From Ostreococcus lucimarinus (lineage: Eukaryota), in assembly GCA_000092065.1 (NCBI GenBank), contig CP000583.1: a stretch of 64,000 bases of DNA. One strand, written 5' to 3'. A program made the position numbers and the translations under genes. The notes beneath the pieces are model-generated. The model was not told the origin of the DNA. It saw nothing but the letters and a program-made list of their open reading frames with translations, and did not search any database. This document shows positions 10,732 through 21,757 of this stretch, in pieces (position 1 is the first letter of the stretch; every line of letters starts with the position of its first letter).

Positions 10732-11829
10732 ATGGACGACGGCGGCGAAGCGTGTCGCGCGGAATGCGCCGAGCAGCCGTTCGACGTCGCGTTCGCGCCC
10801 ACGACGCACGTCTTCGCGGTCGGGCTGATCAACGGTGACGTCGAGCAGTGGTCGCACACCCAGAGCTCGTGCGCGAAGCTGGAGACGCTGCGAGGGGTGC
10901 ACGCAGGGGAGACGTGCAGGACGCTGGCGTACGTGGACGGAGGGAAGACGCTGCTGAGCGGCGGCGCGGACGCGTGCGTCGTGGCGACGGATGTAGTCAC
11001 CGGAGCCGTGGTGGCGAGGCTTAAAAACGCGCATACCGTGGCGATTAATCGATTAATCACGCTGAATGAGCACCTGATTGCGACTGGAGACGACGACGGA
11101 TGCGTGAAGATTTGGGATACACGCGCGCAGACCGAATGCGCAAAACACAAGCCTTTCGTGGATTTTGTGAGCGATATGAAGTACGCGGGGGAGGGTAGAA
11201 ACGAAATCGTGATTTCGAGTGGCGATGGTACGCTCGGATGCTTAAATTTGACGACAAACAAAATGGTGGGGCAGTGCGATAACTTGGAGGACGAGTTATT
11301 AAGTTGCGAAATCGTAAAGAATGGCCGTAAAGTCGTCGCCGGTTCGCAGGAAGGAGTGCTGGACATTTTCACTTACGGTAAATGGGATGATATATCTGAC
11401 AGATATCCGGGACATCCTCAAAGCGTGGACGCCATCGCGAAGGTGACGGAAGACATGGTTGTCACCGGCTCGAGCGATGGTTTGATCCGCGTGATTTCAG
11501 TCCTTCCGAACAAAATTTTGGGCCTCGTGGGTGAGCATAGCGACATGCCCATCGAGCGTTTGACAATGAGCTTCGATAAGAATATGCTCGCGTCGTCTTC
11601 GCACGATAAGACGGTCAAATTGTGGAAGGTTGACTGGTTGACGGAGGAGGGCGCGTGGGACGACGCCGAAGAAATGGACGTCGAAGAAGCAGACGACGAC
11701 GACGATAGCGACGATGACGGAAAATCCAAGAAACGAAAATCCAAAAGCAAAGGGAAAAAGCAAGTCGCCAATCAACAGAAAGCGGAGAACAAGAAGAAGG
11801 CGGTTACCAAATTTTTTGCTGATATGTAA
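10732..11829 (+). CDS. WDR55: WD-repeat protein 55 (WDR55/Jip5) homolog
   Basis: NAHTVAINRLITLNEHLIATGDDDGCVKIWDTRA, VISSGDGTLGCLNLTTNK, AIAKVTEDMVVTGSSDGLIRVISVLPNKILGLVGEH are colinear with human WDR55; acidic/lysine tail. N-terminal Arg-rich extension of the ORF track (from 10405) discarded. Confidence 0.8.
   Translation: MDDGGEACRAECAEQPFDVAFAPTTHVFAVGLINGDVEQWSHTQSSCAKLETLRGVHAGETCRTLAYVDGGKTLLSGGADACVVATDVVTGAVVARLKNAHTVAINRLITLNEHLIATGDDDGCVKIWDTRAQTECAKHKPFVDFVSDMKYAGEGRNEIVISSGDGTLGCLNLTTNKMVGQCDNLEDELLSCEIVKNGRKVVAGSQEGVLDIFTYGKWDDISDRYPGHPQSVDAIAKVTEDMVVTGSSDGLIRVISVLPNKILGLVGEHSDMPIERLTMSFDKNMLASSSHDKTVKLWKVDWLTEEGAWDDAEEMDVEEADDDDDSDDDGKSKKRKSKSKGKKQVANQQKAENKKKAVTKFFADM
11825..11829 (+). 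terminator. TGTAA (green-algal type polyadenylation signal) overlapping the WDR55 stop codon
   Basis: gatATGTAAtg: TGTAA contains the TAA stop. Confidence 0.3.
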
Positions 11830-11999
11830 TGTGGAATAAAATCTTGAGAAAAAGCGTGCGTGTTAACAACTTTTGACGAGCGTTTTTCACTGCCAGAAAA
11901 ACGGTTGTGCCTCGATAGAAGTCGACGCACGTACGACGAAGACTTGATGAAAACCCAGTCGTTGTGTTGTGTTAGAAACACTGAGATTGACGCGCTTGG

Positions 12000-12878
12000 A
12001 TGGATGCTACTTCCCTCGGCTCGGCGTTTGACTTGTGCTGGCCCGATGATGGAACGGTCGAGGTGTTTGGCCTCCAGCTGAATCCGTTCTTGCACTTTGA
12101 TGCCAAGTTGGCGCGAAACGAAGAGGATGAGATGTCTAAAATGGCGATGGAAATGTTTGATTTTGAGAACGAAGCCGATTGGGATTTGCCATGCGAGGAA
12201 AAGGCGGAGCTGGACACGTCGCAAGTCGAGCGACATCGCCAGTCGAAGGACCGAGAAGTTCTCAGGGCAAATCGTAGGACGACTCCGATGAAGAGTACGA
12301 ATCGTAGTAGTAAATGGAAAGGCGTTACTCGTCATAAAATCACAAGTCGGTGGGAAGCACATCTGTGGGATGCCACGTACGAGCGTGTGCGCAAGAAATC
12401 GTCCGGCGGGCGCACGCGCGGGCGACAGGTTTATTTAGGAGGATGGATCTCCGAGCTCGACGCCGCGCGTGCGTACGATCTTGCCGCGTTGCGATTCTTC
12501 GGTACTCGACAGGTTCTGAATTTTGATGTGAGTAATTACACCGAAGAAATCAAAGCCATGCAGGAGTATTCACCCGCTGATTGGGTTTGTGAGCTAAGAC
12601 GGCGATCTTCCGGCTTCTCTCGCGGAGTGAGTGCTTACAGAGGAGTGACAAGTCATAAAGGGAAAAATTCCAAGGGAAAATGGGAAGCGCGCATTGGGCG
12701 AGTTATGGGCAACAAATACCTTTATTTGGGCACGTATCCAACCGAGCGCGCAGCGGCTGAGGCGTACGACTGCGCGGCGCTTCTTTATCGCGACTCGAAG
12801 GCGGTGACAAATTTCGATCGCTCGAATTACTCAGAGGAAGAGATCGCGAACGCTGGACTCGGCGCAAAAATATTGTAA
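12000..12878 (+). CDS. AP2-family transcription factor with two AP2 domains (APETALA2/AINTEGUMENTA-like)
   Basis: KWKGVTRHKITSRWEAHLWD...GRQVYLGGWISELDAARAYDLAALRFFG (AP2-R1) and YRGVTSHKGKNSKGKWEARIGRVMGNKYLYLGTYPTERAAAEAYDCAALLYRDSKAVTNF (AP2-R2). Confidence 0.8.
   Translation: MDATSLGSAFDLCWPDDGTVEVFGLQLNPFLHFDAKLARNEEDEMSKMAMEMFDFENEADWDLPCEEKAELDTSQVERHRQSKDREVLRANRRTTPMKSTNRSSKWKGVTRHKITSRWEAHLWDATYERVRKKSSGGRTRGRQVYLGGWISELDAARAYDLAALRFFGTRQVLNFDVSNYTEEIKAMQEYSPADWVCELRRRSSGFSRGVSAYRGVTSHKGKNSKGKWEARIGRVMGNKYLYLGTYPTERAAAEAYDCAALLYRDSKAVTNFDRSNYSEEEIANAGLGAKIL
12874..12878 (+). terminator. TGTAA putative poly(A) signal overlapping the AP2 gene stop codon
   Basis: atatTGTAAaag. Confidence 0.3.
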
Positions 12879-12944
12879 AAGAATTGTTGTTTACTTTTTA
12901 TTGCAATGTTCGTCACGAACGCTTCATCATACATGTCTTCTCGC

Positions 12945-14345
12945 TTATCTGGATCGCTTTTTTCGAGACTTGCGGCTGTTTTGTGGGCGACCATCGTTAG
13001 ATTTTGGCGGGGCCGAGTTCGGGACATCCATGATTTCGGGAGTCACGACCTCAACAACGTTTGCGGGACCATCGTCGAAATCGGCGAACTCGGCAGCTAC
13101 GGCATCGCTAACTTCTTCAACTCTCGGTGGCGGTCTGACGGGCATTTGCGCGCCGCTTCTTCTTTGAGACTTGGGCACGTATTCAACACGCACGGGCTCC
13201 GCACCGTTCGCACCACCAGCAGCACCGGACTTTGCGACGGGCGGCTCGGGCGCCGTAGTCGTTTTTCGGAGGATGAGCGTCTGGGCTGTGGTGATGATGT
13301 TGTTCGCGAACCAGTACAAGGTGAGACCGGCCGGAACGTTGAGAGAGAAGAAACCAATCATGAGCGGAAGGAACTTCAAAATGGCCTGGCTTTGTTGTTG
13401 GGCCGGGTCATCGGTCTTCGGCTGAGGGCTGACAATTTGCTGCGACACGTATTGGGAGGCCACGAGCAACACCGGGAGCACTAAGTAGGCGGTGGTGTCG
13501 TGCCAGCCGAGCGGGGGGTGACCGTCGACGAACGGCCAAAGCCAGGCGAAGCCACTTCCCGCGTTACGAGAAGCGATGGACGTCGGACCACCGAGGGAAG
13601 GAATCCAATAGAAACCATCCGTGAGCAAGCCTTCGGACGCGGCGTTGCTCAACGCGCGATACAACCCGATAAACACTGGAAGCGTGGCGAACACTGGCAA
13701 GCACCCCGCGAGAGGGTTGAAGCCCGCCTCCTTGTACAATCTGGCTTGCTCCATTTGCAATCGCTCCGGATCGTTCGCGTACATCGCTTGAAGTTCCTTG
13801 ATTCGCGGTTGCATCGCTTGCATCTGCATCGAGCTCTCCACCTGCTTCTTGGACAACGGGAACGTCGCGAGCTTCACCAGCACCGTCAACACGATGATGG
13901 AAAACCCGTAAGAGTACGGCACCCGTCCGTCCAAGACGCTATCGATCCCCTCGAGCGCGGACTCCAGCCCATCCGTAATAGGTCCTAACCACCCACCCTT
14001 CTGTAATCCCGCCGCCTTGAGCGCCTCCGCATCGTTCAAATCTATCCCCGCCGTCGCCGCCGCGGCGTCCGCCACGTCGAACACGCGCGACGTCACGAGC
14101 GTCGCGTGCGCGTTCGCCGTCGCCGCCTGCGCGCGTTCGGCGAATTCACCGAGCGCATCGATCGCGCTCGCGCCCGCGACGACGCTCGCGCGTCGCGCGT
14201 TCGTCCGCGTCGCGTTCGCGCGTCGCGCGCCGGTCGAGCCGCCGCGCGTCGAGGTCACGACCGCGCTCGTCGTCGTGCGTCGCGCGCATCGCGTCCCGCG
14301 CGTCGCGCGATGCGCGCCGACGGCGGAGGATGACGAGGCGAGCAT
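12945..14345 (-). CDS. ALB3: ALBINO3-like thylakoid membrane insertase (YidC/Oxa1/Alb3 family) with N-terminal transit peptide
   Basis: YGFSIIVLTVLVKLATFPLSKKQVESSMQMQAMQPRIKELQ...EQARLYKEAGFNPLAGCLPVFATLPVFIGLYRAL...LYWFANNIITTAQTLILRK; Ser/Thr/Arg-rich N-terminus. Confidence 0.85.
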   Translation of the reverse strand: MLASSSSAVGAHRATRGTRCARRTTTSAVVTSTRGGSTGARRANATRTNARRASVVAGASAIDALGEFAERAQAATANAHATLVTSRVFDVADAAAATAGIDLNDAEALKAAGLQKGGWLGPITDGLESALEGIDSVLDGRVPYSYGFSIIVLTVLVKLATFPLSKKQVESSMQMQAMQPRIKELQAMYANDPERLQMEQARLYKEAGFNPLAGCLPVFATLPVFIGLYRALSNAASEGLLTDGFYWIPSLGGPTSIASRNAGSGFAWLWPFVDGHPPLGWHDTTAYLVLPVLLVASQYVSQQIVSPQPKTDDPAQQQSQAILKFLPLMIGFFSLNVPAGLTLYWFANNIITTAQTLILRKTTTAPEPPVAKSGAAGGANGAEPVRVEYVPKSQRRSGAQMPVRPPPRVEEVSDAVAAEFADFDDGPANVVEVVTPEIMDVPNSAPPKSNDGRPQNSRKSRKKRSR

Positions 14346-14635
14346 CGTGTGTCTCGTTCGGGCGTGCTTCGAACGCGAGGACGCGCGTCGTCGTGTGCCG
14401 ACGCGCGAGGGGCAAAATCATCTTTTGCGGGTGACGTTGTCAAAAAATCGGCGAATCAGGACTCGCCGATTTAGGACATCGCGACTGGGGACTTATCTGG
14501 GCGTCGCGAGACGCGCTCGGATTACAATTGAGTTGGTAAATGATCGCGAACGCGTGCGGTTGAGACTAAGACGCGCGCGAGCGATGCGCTCGATTCGATT
14601 GTCAATTTGCCGTTGTACACGGCGCGGGTGGAAGT

Positions 14636-17600
14636 TTACCGAATGGCGTCGGCGACGAGTTGGGCTTGCTCTTGCGCGTGCACGGCGGCGTACCCGGTTG
14701 CGGGCGAAGACGCGGGTTTGCGACCAGCGTAGCGCGTTTCGCCCGATCGACCGAGGTCTTTGAACAACGTACTCATTCTCGGTTGGACGTGCCACCACGC
14801 GCCCATGTTCATCGGTTCCTCTTGGCACCAAACAACTTCGGCATTCGGGTAACGCTTCAATTCGCGCTTGACGAGATCCCACGGGAACGGCGCGAGTTGT
14901 TCGATGCGGCAGATTTTCACCCTGTCGATGTTCTTCGCCGCATCGCGTTCGTCGTCGAGATCGTAGTAAACCTTTCCGGAGCAGAAGATGACTCTTTCCA
15001 CCTCATTCTCCGCAGGAGAGTCCATGCTGCGCGACTTCGAAGTCTTGTCCATGATAAGTCGCTTGAAGCGAACGCCTTGAAGTGAATCGTTGTCGTCGCT
15101 GTTATCGAACTCGCTGATATCGGAGACCGCTTTCGGATGACGCAATAGATTCTTCGGGCTCATCACGACGAGCGGCTTGCGGAATTCACGATGAACCTGT
15201 CGGCGCAACATGTGGAAATAGTTTGCGGGCGTGGTGACGTTGCAAATTTGCCAGTTGCATTCTTGCAACTGCGTGCGGCGTTCCATTTCCATCTCAGGGA
15301 TCTGCGTCGGATCTTCGTCAGCCATTTGCAAGAAACGTTCAAGTCGAGCGCTACTGTGCTCGGGACCTTGTCCGTCGTAACCATGCGGAAGAAGTAGCGT
15401 GAGACCGCTTTGACGTAACCACTTTGCCTCACCGCTGCTGATAAATTGATCGATGATGACTTGAGCCGTATTCGAGAAATCACCAAACTGCGCTTCCCAT
15501 AAGATCAAACAGTTGGGATGCTCAAGAGAGTAGCCAAGTTCGAAACCGAGCACACCGTACTCGGACAAAGAAGAGTTGCAAACCGTGAAGAAGTTCTGAC
15601 CTCGACCCGGGTTGCCGCTGTAGACGTTTCGCAAAGGAATGAAACGCTCGCCCGTGATTTGATCATGAATCAGCGCGTGACGATGAGAAAAAGTGCCACG
15701 CTCGACATCTTGTCCAGACAAACGCACATGGTTGCCTTCATCGAGTAAAGAAGCGAACGCCAAAGCTTCGCCCATGGCCCAATCGATACCGTTGCCGTTT
15801 TCAATCATGGCGCGACGATTTTCATAAACGCGCTTCACGACTCGATGTGGTGTAAATCCCGCAGGAATCGCGGTGATAAGTTGTCCGAGATTCTTTATGT
15901 GATCCATCGGTAAGCCAGTGTCTGCGATGCGCGAAAGCTGATCCGGGCTCTTGAAACCTTGCCAATGCGATGCGAGCCAGTCACGTTGCTTCGGAACATA
16001 GTCCTTTGACGCCGTGAACTCCTCTTCCATAATGTTATTGATCTTTTCCTTCATGCTGACGAAGTCTTCCGGGGTGATGATGCCTTCGTTGACGAGTTTG
16101 GCGCTATATTTCGTCAAAACACTGGGATGTTGCTGAATCACCTTGTACATAAGAGGTTGCGTGAACATGGGTTCATCAATCTCGTTGTGACCGTATTTGC
16201 GATAGCACACGATGTCGACTACGGCGTCCGTCTTCCATTTCATTCTCCATTCGGTGGCGAGTTCCATGACCCACGCCACCGCTTCCACGTCATCACCGTT
16301 AACGTGAAACACTGGAACTTCCATGCCCTTAGCTACATCGGTGCAGTAAGCGCTCGAGCGTGAGTACTTTGGATCAGTCGTAAAGGCGACTTGGTTGTTC
16401 ACGACGATGTGCAAAGTCCCACCGACGCTGTACTCGGGCAATTTGCTCATGTCAAGCGTCTCGTACACAATCCCTTGACCACTGAAAGCACCGTCACCGT
16501 GCAGCAAGATAGGCATAGAACGATCGCCGTTCGGATCTTTCGTGTAGAACTGCTTCGCACGAGTCTTTCCAGTAACCACCGTGTTTACCGCCTCAAGATG
16601 CGATGGATTCGCAACCAAGGAAAGATGGATTTGACCGCCGCGTAACGTCGGACGATCGAACGAAGTCCCGAGATGATATTTCACATCGCCTGATCCAGTA
16701 TACTGCGATTCCGTGTTCGGTAACTCGTCCACGAGTTTTGGACCACCCTTAAACTCGTTGAAAATCGTTTGAAGCGGTTTGCGCACGACGTTCGCGAGCA
16801 CATTTAAACGACCGCGGTGCGGCATACCGATCGTGATAGCTTCAACCCCCATCTCGGCCGCCTTATCGATCGCTTCCTTAAATCCAGGCACGAGGCTTTC
16901 ACAACCTTCCAAACCGAATCGCTTCGCTGCGCTGTACTTGTTGGACAAGAAACCTTCGAAAAGTTCGCCCCAAGCTAAGCGGTCCAAAATAATTTGTTTC
17001 CGTTCCGGCGAATACTGCTTCTTGCGCTCGGTCTCGATTTTCGCTCGAAGCCAGTTACATTGCTCACGATCTTGAATATGCATGTACTCGTAGCCCACCG
17101 TGCCGCAGTACGTCTCTTTGAGCCTGGTCAAGATTTGACGCAACGTCTGCACCGGACGGTCTTCGCTCAAGAAGCCCTTCATTTTCCAAGTTCCAATAAA
17201 GAAATCTCGATCCATATCGTCTTCCGTGAACCCGTACAGGCTTGGATCGAGAGAGATTGGCATCTCACGCTCATCAAGCGCCAATGGATCGAGATTGGCG
17301 ATGCTATGTCCGCTAATTTGATACGAGCGGATCAACATCATCAACCGCATGGATTCCTGAATCGTTTGCGCGTCCAACGGTCGCCCCACAGCCATAGGCG
17401 CCGTACCCGTCGACATCGCGGTGTACATTTCAGATATTTCAGCTCCACTCACGCCCGCATCTGTTTACGCGAAAAAATGCACGGAATTCTCGTCAGTCTT
17501 CGTTCGCTCCGAATTTGGATTGGTCCGCCAACCGAATTGAGGGAATTGAATCGCGCGCCGTTCCAGTTCGCCTTCAAAACCTCATCCTCGCCGTCTCGCG

Positions 17601-18045
17601 CATCCATCGACGATCGCTACGTACCCATCTGTCTCAACAACGACGCCCACGATTCCGGTACGCTCTTCGGATCCTTCCTGTACTCGTCCTCCATCGCCTC
17701 CAAGTACGCCGCGCTCGAGGCGTTTAAAAAGTCATCCCTCATCTCTCGATTCGGCGTCGGTTTCGGCGGCGCCACGCTCGCGCTCGCCTTCGATCGCGCG
17801 AACACCGCTTCAGCCATATTTTCACGCGTCGCTCGTTCGCCGTGAACGCGCGCGCACGCCGACGCGGGCATCATTCGTCGCGGAGAATTCGCCAACGACA
17901 TCAATCCGCGACGGCACGGCGCGATCGGCGCGCGCGTCGTCGCCGTTCGCGCGGCGCACGCGGCGCGCGCGCGATCGAACGCGCGCGCGACGCTCGGCGA
18001 TGCGAGCGCGCGGATGACGCGTCGACGCGCGTGCGACGACGACAT
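14636..18045 (-). CDS. OGDH: 2-oxoglutarate dehydrogenase E1 component (mitochondrial), 2 exons: 18045..17625 and 17460..14636; intron 17461..17624 (164 nt, GTACGT donor, aaacag acceptor)
   Basis: Exon 1 (ORF 17617..18045) has a presequence plus DFLNASSAAYLEAMEDEYRKDPKSVPESW (OGDH N-terminal motif); exon 2 is the 938-aa OGDH body. Phase-1 junction reconstructs ...RQM-D-AGVSGAEISEMY. Confidence 0.9.
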
Positions 18046-18214
18046 GGTCGACTCGCCGCGCTCGCAGCGAGCGGTTCGTTATGCCGTGCCGCCCGTCGCG
18101 CTCGGGTGGTTGACCAGACAGACGGACGACGGCTCGCGCGAGGGCTCGCGCGACGGCGAGACGTCCGATGACGAAAGTGATCGAGCGATGACACTGGAAG
18201 AAAAAAAATACTTA

Positions 18215-19315
18215 TCACTTTTTGGCGAACACGCCTTGGTATAAATAGACGGCGACGATGCTCGCGGAAACGGCGAGCGCGCCGACGTAGTTGTAGACGC
18301 CGCCGCTCGCGTTTTCCAGTTGCGCGGCGGTCGGGGAGAGCGCGGTGGCGGCGCCGAAGGTGTAGATGGTCATCCAATCGATCAATGCGATCGATGCGGC
18401 TATGGATAGATTGAGTTTTTTGAACGTGCCGCCGCCCAAGCGACCGCGCTTGGCGGCGTCAATGAGTATGTACTGCGTCGGCGCGAGAAGAAAAACCGTC
18501 GCGAGACCGAACGCGCGTTGAATCAGTTGCGAGCTCGGTTCCATCTCGTTCACGATAGCCAACGGTGAAAGCGGGCTGAAGGCGAAAGAGCCACCAACGA
18601 CGAGGCTAGTCCAGAACGAAACCTTGTAGAAGAGCTCGAGATAGCCACCCGTTTCGGAGCGCTCGTTGAGGTTCTTCGCTTCTGCGAAATCTTTGCCTAC
18701 GCGCGCCCACGTCTCGTCGTGTCCCGGGCCGTATTCTCGAATCGCCTTCACACTCGTCGCGAACGCCGGCGCGAACGTCACCAAGAGTCCGCCCACCGCC
18801 GCCGCGTTCGGTCCCGTCTCGCCCGTCGCCTGACTTTGTAAGTACGCGCCTAAGAAAGCCACTGCGAAGCTTCCCGTGAACAAAACCATCGCCAGCGCCA
18901 ATCGCTGATACGTCTCCGAATTCAACCGACTATTCTTCGCCGCGTCTGCGAGCGTGTACAACGCCGTGAGCGCGATCAAAGCGAACGCATCCGTCCCAAA
19001 GGCGTTACTAAAGTGCTGCACGCTCGCGAGGCTCGAAAAGCTTTGTCCAAACAGCGGCGTCGCGCACTCCAACCCGAGCCCATTCGTCACGAGCGCGCTC
19101 GGATACGCCAAAGTCGCAAGCGTGGGCACACCCATGGCGATCGCCGAGGCGATAAACGCGCCCTCCTCGCCGCCGTCGTTCGTTTTCGATGAAGATGACG
19201 AAGACGCGCGGTTGGCGGTAATCATCCGTCCCACGCGCGCGCCTCCTCGCGCGATCACGCGTTTCGGCTCGACGCGCGATCGCGCGTGACATCGCGCGTC
19301 GATCACCGCGCGCAT
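18215..19315 (-). CDS. Hypothetical polytopic membrane protein with organellar-type N-terminal targeting peptide
   Basis: Several hydrophobic segments (IALTALYTLADAA, LALAMVLFTGSFAVAFLGAYL, LLVTFAPAFA, FWTSLVVGGSFAF, IAASIALIDWMTIYTFG); Ser/Arg-rich N-terminus. No family recognised; start 19315 chosen arbitrarily among in-frame Met. Confidence 0.35.
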   Translation of the reverse strand: MRAVIDARCHARSRVEPKRVIARGGARVGRMITANRASSSSSSKTNDGGEEGAFIASAIAMGVPTLATLAYPSALVTNGLGLECATPLFGQSFSSLASVQHFSNAFGTDAFALIALTALYTLADAAKNSRLNSETYQRLALAMVLFTGSFAVAFLGAYLQSQATGETGPNAAAVGGLLVTFAPAFATSVKAIREYGPGHDETWARVGKDFAEAKNLNERSETGGYLELFYKVSFWTSLVVGGSFAFSPLSPLAIVNEMEPSSQLIQRAFGLATVFLLAPTQYILIDAAKRGRLGGGTFKKLNLSIAASIALIDWMTIYTFGAATALSPTAAQLENASGGVYNYVGALAVSASIVAVYLYQGVFAKK

Positions 19316-19407
19316 GCTCGTTGACGCCGGTCGAGACGCCGCGCGCGTCTGTGCCGCACACGTCGACGCGCGGCGACGACGCTCAACGCTTTGCCGCGTC
19401 GACGACG

Positions 19408-20394
19408 ATGTCCAACTACCCGACGTCGACGCAGAAGAGCTTTTGGCTGTACGACACGCACGAGGACGTGCGCGCGGCGCGCGAGGAGACGCGCGCGACG
19501 ACGCTGAAGAGTGCGACTTTGAACGATGATGGAGAATCCACATCGGCGAAAACGGTGGAGAAGGACGCGTTGACGAGCGAGGAAGAGCGATTGATCCTGC
19601 GGTATCACGAACATAAGATTCAGACGATATGCGCGGCGTTTGTGCTGCCGCGAAAGGTGAAGAGCACGGCGGTGATGTTGTTTAAGAGGTTCACGCTGCG
19701 ACACGGCGTCGGAGCGCACAGCCTGAAGATTATCATGTTGACGAGCATATACGTCGCGTGTAAGGTTGAGGAGAGTTACATCAGCGCTGATGAGTTTTGC
19801 AAAGGGGTGAGAGAGGATCCGGCGCGAGTGCTCGCGGCGGAGGTGACGTTTTTGTCGGGATTGAAGTTTCAGCTCGTGTGCTACGGCGCCGCTCGACCGC
19901 TCGACGGGTTCCTCAGAGACGTGGAAGATGGAGGGTGTAAGGTCACAGGCGCACAGCTTGTGGCGTGCCGAAAGAGCGCTTTAGAGACGATCGATGCGTT
20001 GATGCTCACGGATGTTCCTTTAGTGCGTCCTCCGGGACAAATCGCACTGTGCGCGCTTCGTCGCGCTGCGCGCCAAGCCGAGGCAACGGACCTTGTCGAG
20101 TATTGTGAAGCCGTCGGTGCGCGCGCGACGGGGATCGTCAAAGCGCCCAAGGGGGCGTTGTTGAAGGGCATTTTAGATGAGATCGAGACGCACGTCGAGG
20201 ACGGCACTGAGCCCGACGAGGCGGTGGTGAAGAAGATCGACAAAAAGCTCAAACTGTGGCGAGCAAAGTACGTCGCGGCGAGCAAGGCGACGGCGGAGGA
20301 CGAAGCGAAGAAGACCGAGCGCGACGCCAAACGACGAAAGAGCGAACAATTTCGCCAAGAAATGATCGCTGCCGAGGAGGACGCATTAGGATGA
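19408..20394 (+). CDS. CCNH: Cyclin H (CDK7 partner)
   Basis: SFWLYDT...RYHEHKIQTICAAFVLPRKVKSTAVMLFKRFTLRHGVGAHSLKIIMLTSIYVACKVEESYISADEF matches human cyclin H ([41 protein letters not shown]). Confidence 0.75.
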   Translation: MSNYPTSTQKSFWLYDTHEDVRAAREETRATTLKSATLNDDGESTSAKTVEKDALTSEEERLILRYHEHKIQTICAAFVLPRKVKSTAVMLFKRFTLRHGVGAHSLKIIMLTSIYVACKVEESYISADEFCKGVREDPARVLAAEVTFLSGLKFQLVCYGAARPLDGFLRDVEDGGCKVTGAQLVACRKSALETIDALMLTDVPLVRPPGQIALCALRRAARQAEATDLVEYCEAVGARATGIVKAPKGALLKGILDEIETHVEDGTEPDEAVVKKIDKKLKLWRAKYVAASKATAEDEAKKTERDAKRRKSEQFRQEMIAAEEDALG

Positions 20395-21068
20395 CGCGCT
20401 CGCTAAATGCACTTTGCTTTAATATACTTCAATAGCTCTGCGCACGCTGAGGTTAACTCACTCCACAACTTCGCGCGCGTGTGTCGTGCGCGCGCGCGCG
20501 CGGACGTCAAAAAGCGCTCACCAGTCGAAAGGACACGCGCGGATGTATTAACGCACGTGGCGTGCGCATCGCCCGCAGAGTACGTCGTTCGCATTCCTCT
20601 TCCGCGTTCGCGCCGCCTCTCCTCTCAACAAGCGAACTTACCCCCGCCTCGGCGTCTTTCATCGCCGTTGGCGGTTTTTCAACCTCGCAAAACTAAAGAT
20701 GGATTTTTTAGGACACCTCCGAGAAACACTTTGGAGCCTCTCCCTGTACAACACCGCGTCGGCGACGAATTAACTCGGTCGAGGTTGGTGTGCCACGGGG
20801 CTACATTCTGCGTGTCGAACTTTTTTTGTTGTTCTCATTCAGCGTCGAATCGTCGCGAGCGTGCGTTCGATGTGCGTGGCGTTCGATCAACTGACAAGTT
20901 TCGTGTGTCTTATTCGCGTTCATTCGTGCAGGTCGACGCACGCGGAATCGGCGTCGACGCGTCCACACGCGTCCACTCGCGTCCACTTGATTTATTTGTA
21001 ATTTGTAACAACCCACTGTAAGCTATAGTGCGCTCCTAATACAATGTCGTCTAATCTATATGCTCGCG

Positions 21069-21428
21069 CTACTTCTCTACGTGCCCTGCTGGTAAGAGCG
21101 CCGCCGCCACGCTCCGTCCTTCCTCTACCAAGACATTGAACGTGCTCGTCGCGTTGACGGTGTCGCTCGCGTCCACAGCAACGCCGAGCTCCTTCAAATA
21201 ATTCAGCGTCTCCTCGTTCAGCGTCGCGACGGTTCGCCCCGTGCCAACGATAAGTAAATCAGGCGTCGGGTCGAGAATCTCCAGCGCCGCCAAGGTCTCG
21301 GGCGTGATCTCACTCACTCGCGTCGGCGACCACGCCGCGTGCAGCGAGTCGTACGCGAAGACGCCGCCGACGCAATACGCGCCTTTGATCGCGAACCCAC
21401 GCGCGTCGTAGCTGTCGAGCGAAAGCAT
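21069..21428 (-). CDS. Mth938-domain (DUF498) protein, NDUFAF3-like complex I assembly factor; a possible upstream presequence exon is unresolved
   Basis: SYDARGFAIKGAYCVGGVFAY...AAWSP...ITPETLAALEILDPTPDLLIVGTGRTVATLNEETLNYLKELGVAVDASDTVNATSTFNVLVEEGRSVAAALLP matches the Mth938 domain consensus. Same-frame ORF 21438..21686 (MLASTASRLARRLIARAP...) looks like a mitochondrial presequence but is separated by a stop with no clean intron found. Confidence 0.55.
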   Translation of the reverse strand: MLSLDSYDARGFAIKGAYCVGGVFAYDSLHAAWSPTRVSEITPETLAALEILDPTPDLLIVGTGRTVATLNEETLNYLKELGVAVDASDTVNATSTFNVLVEEGRSVAAALLPAGHVEK

Positions 21429-21757
21429 CGCGTGCGGTCAGTGCTTGATTCCATCGCGTGGATGTCGTGCGTGTCGCGCGCGCGGCGTCGTTTGCGCGTA
21501 CTTGTCGAAGATGACTCGTCCCTCTGGACCTTGCAGCAGCTCAAACGTGTTCGGATCGGATAACTGCCCGTACGCGCGCGCGAACGGCAGCTCGCAGCGC
21601 GAGCAAGACGTGGACGCTATCATGACGTGTGATGGCGCGCGCGCGATGAGCCTACGCGCGAGACGAGACGCGGTGGACGCGAGCATGCGGGCAGACTTGT
21701 GCAGTTGCGCGCGCGTTAAGTTACAAAATTGTTGATCCGTGTTCTAGGGCATCAATA

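Noticed and set aside
21438-21686. 82-aa ORF (MLASTASRLARRLIARAP...) as a presequence exon of the NDUFAF3-like gene
   Set aside because: Same frame as the downstream ORF but separated by an in-frame TGA, and I could not find a donor/acceptor pair that restores the frame. Left as an unresolved possibility rather than annotated.
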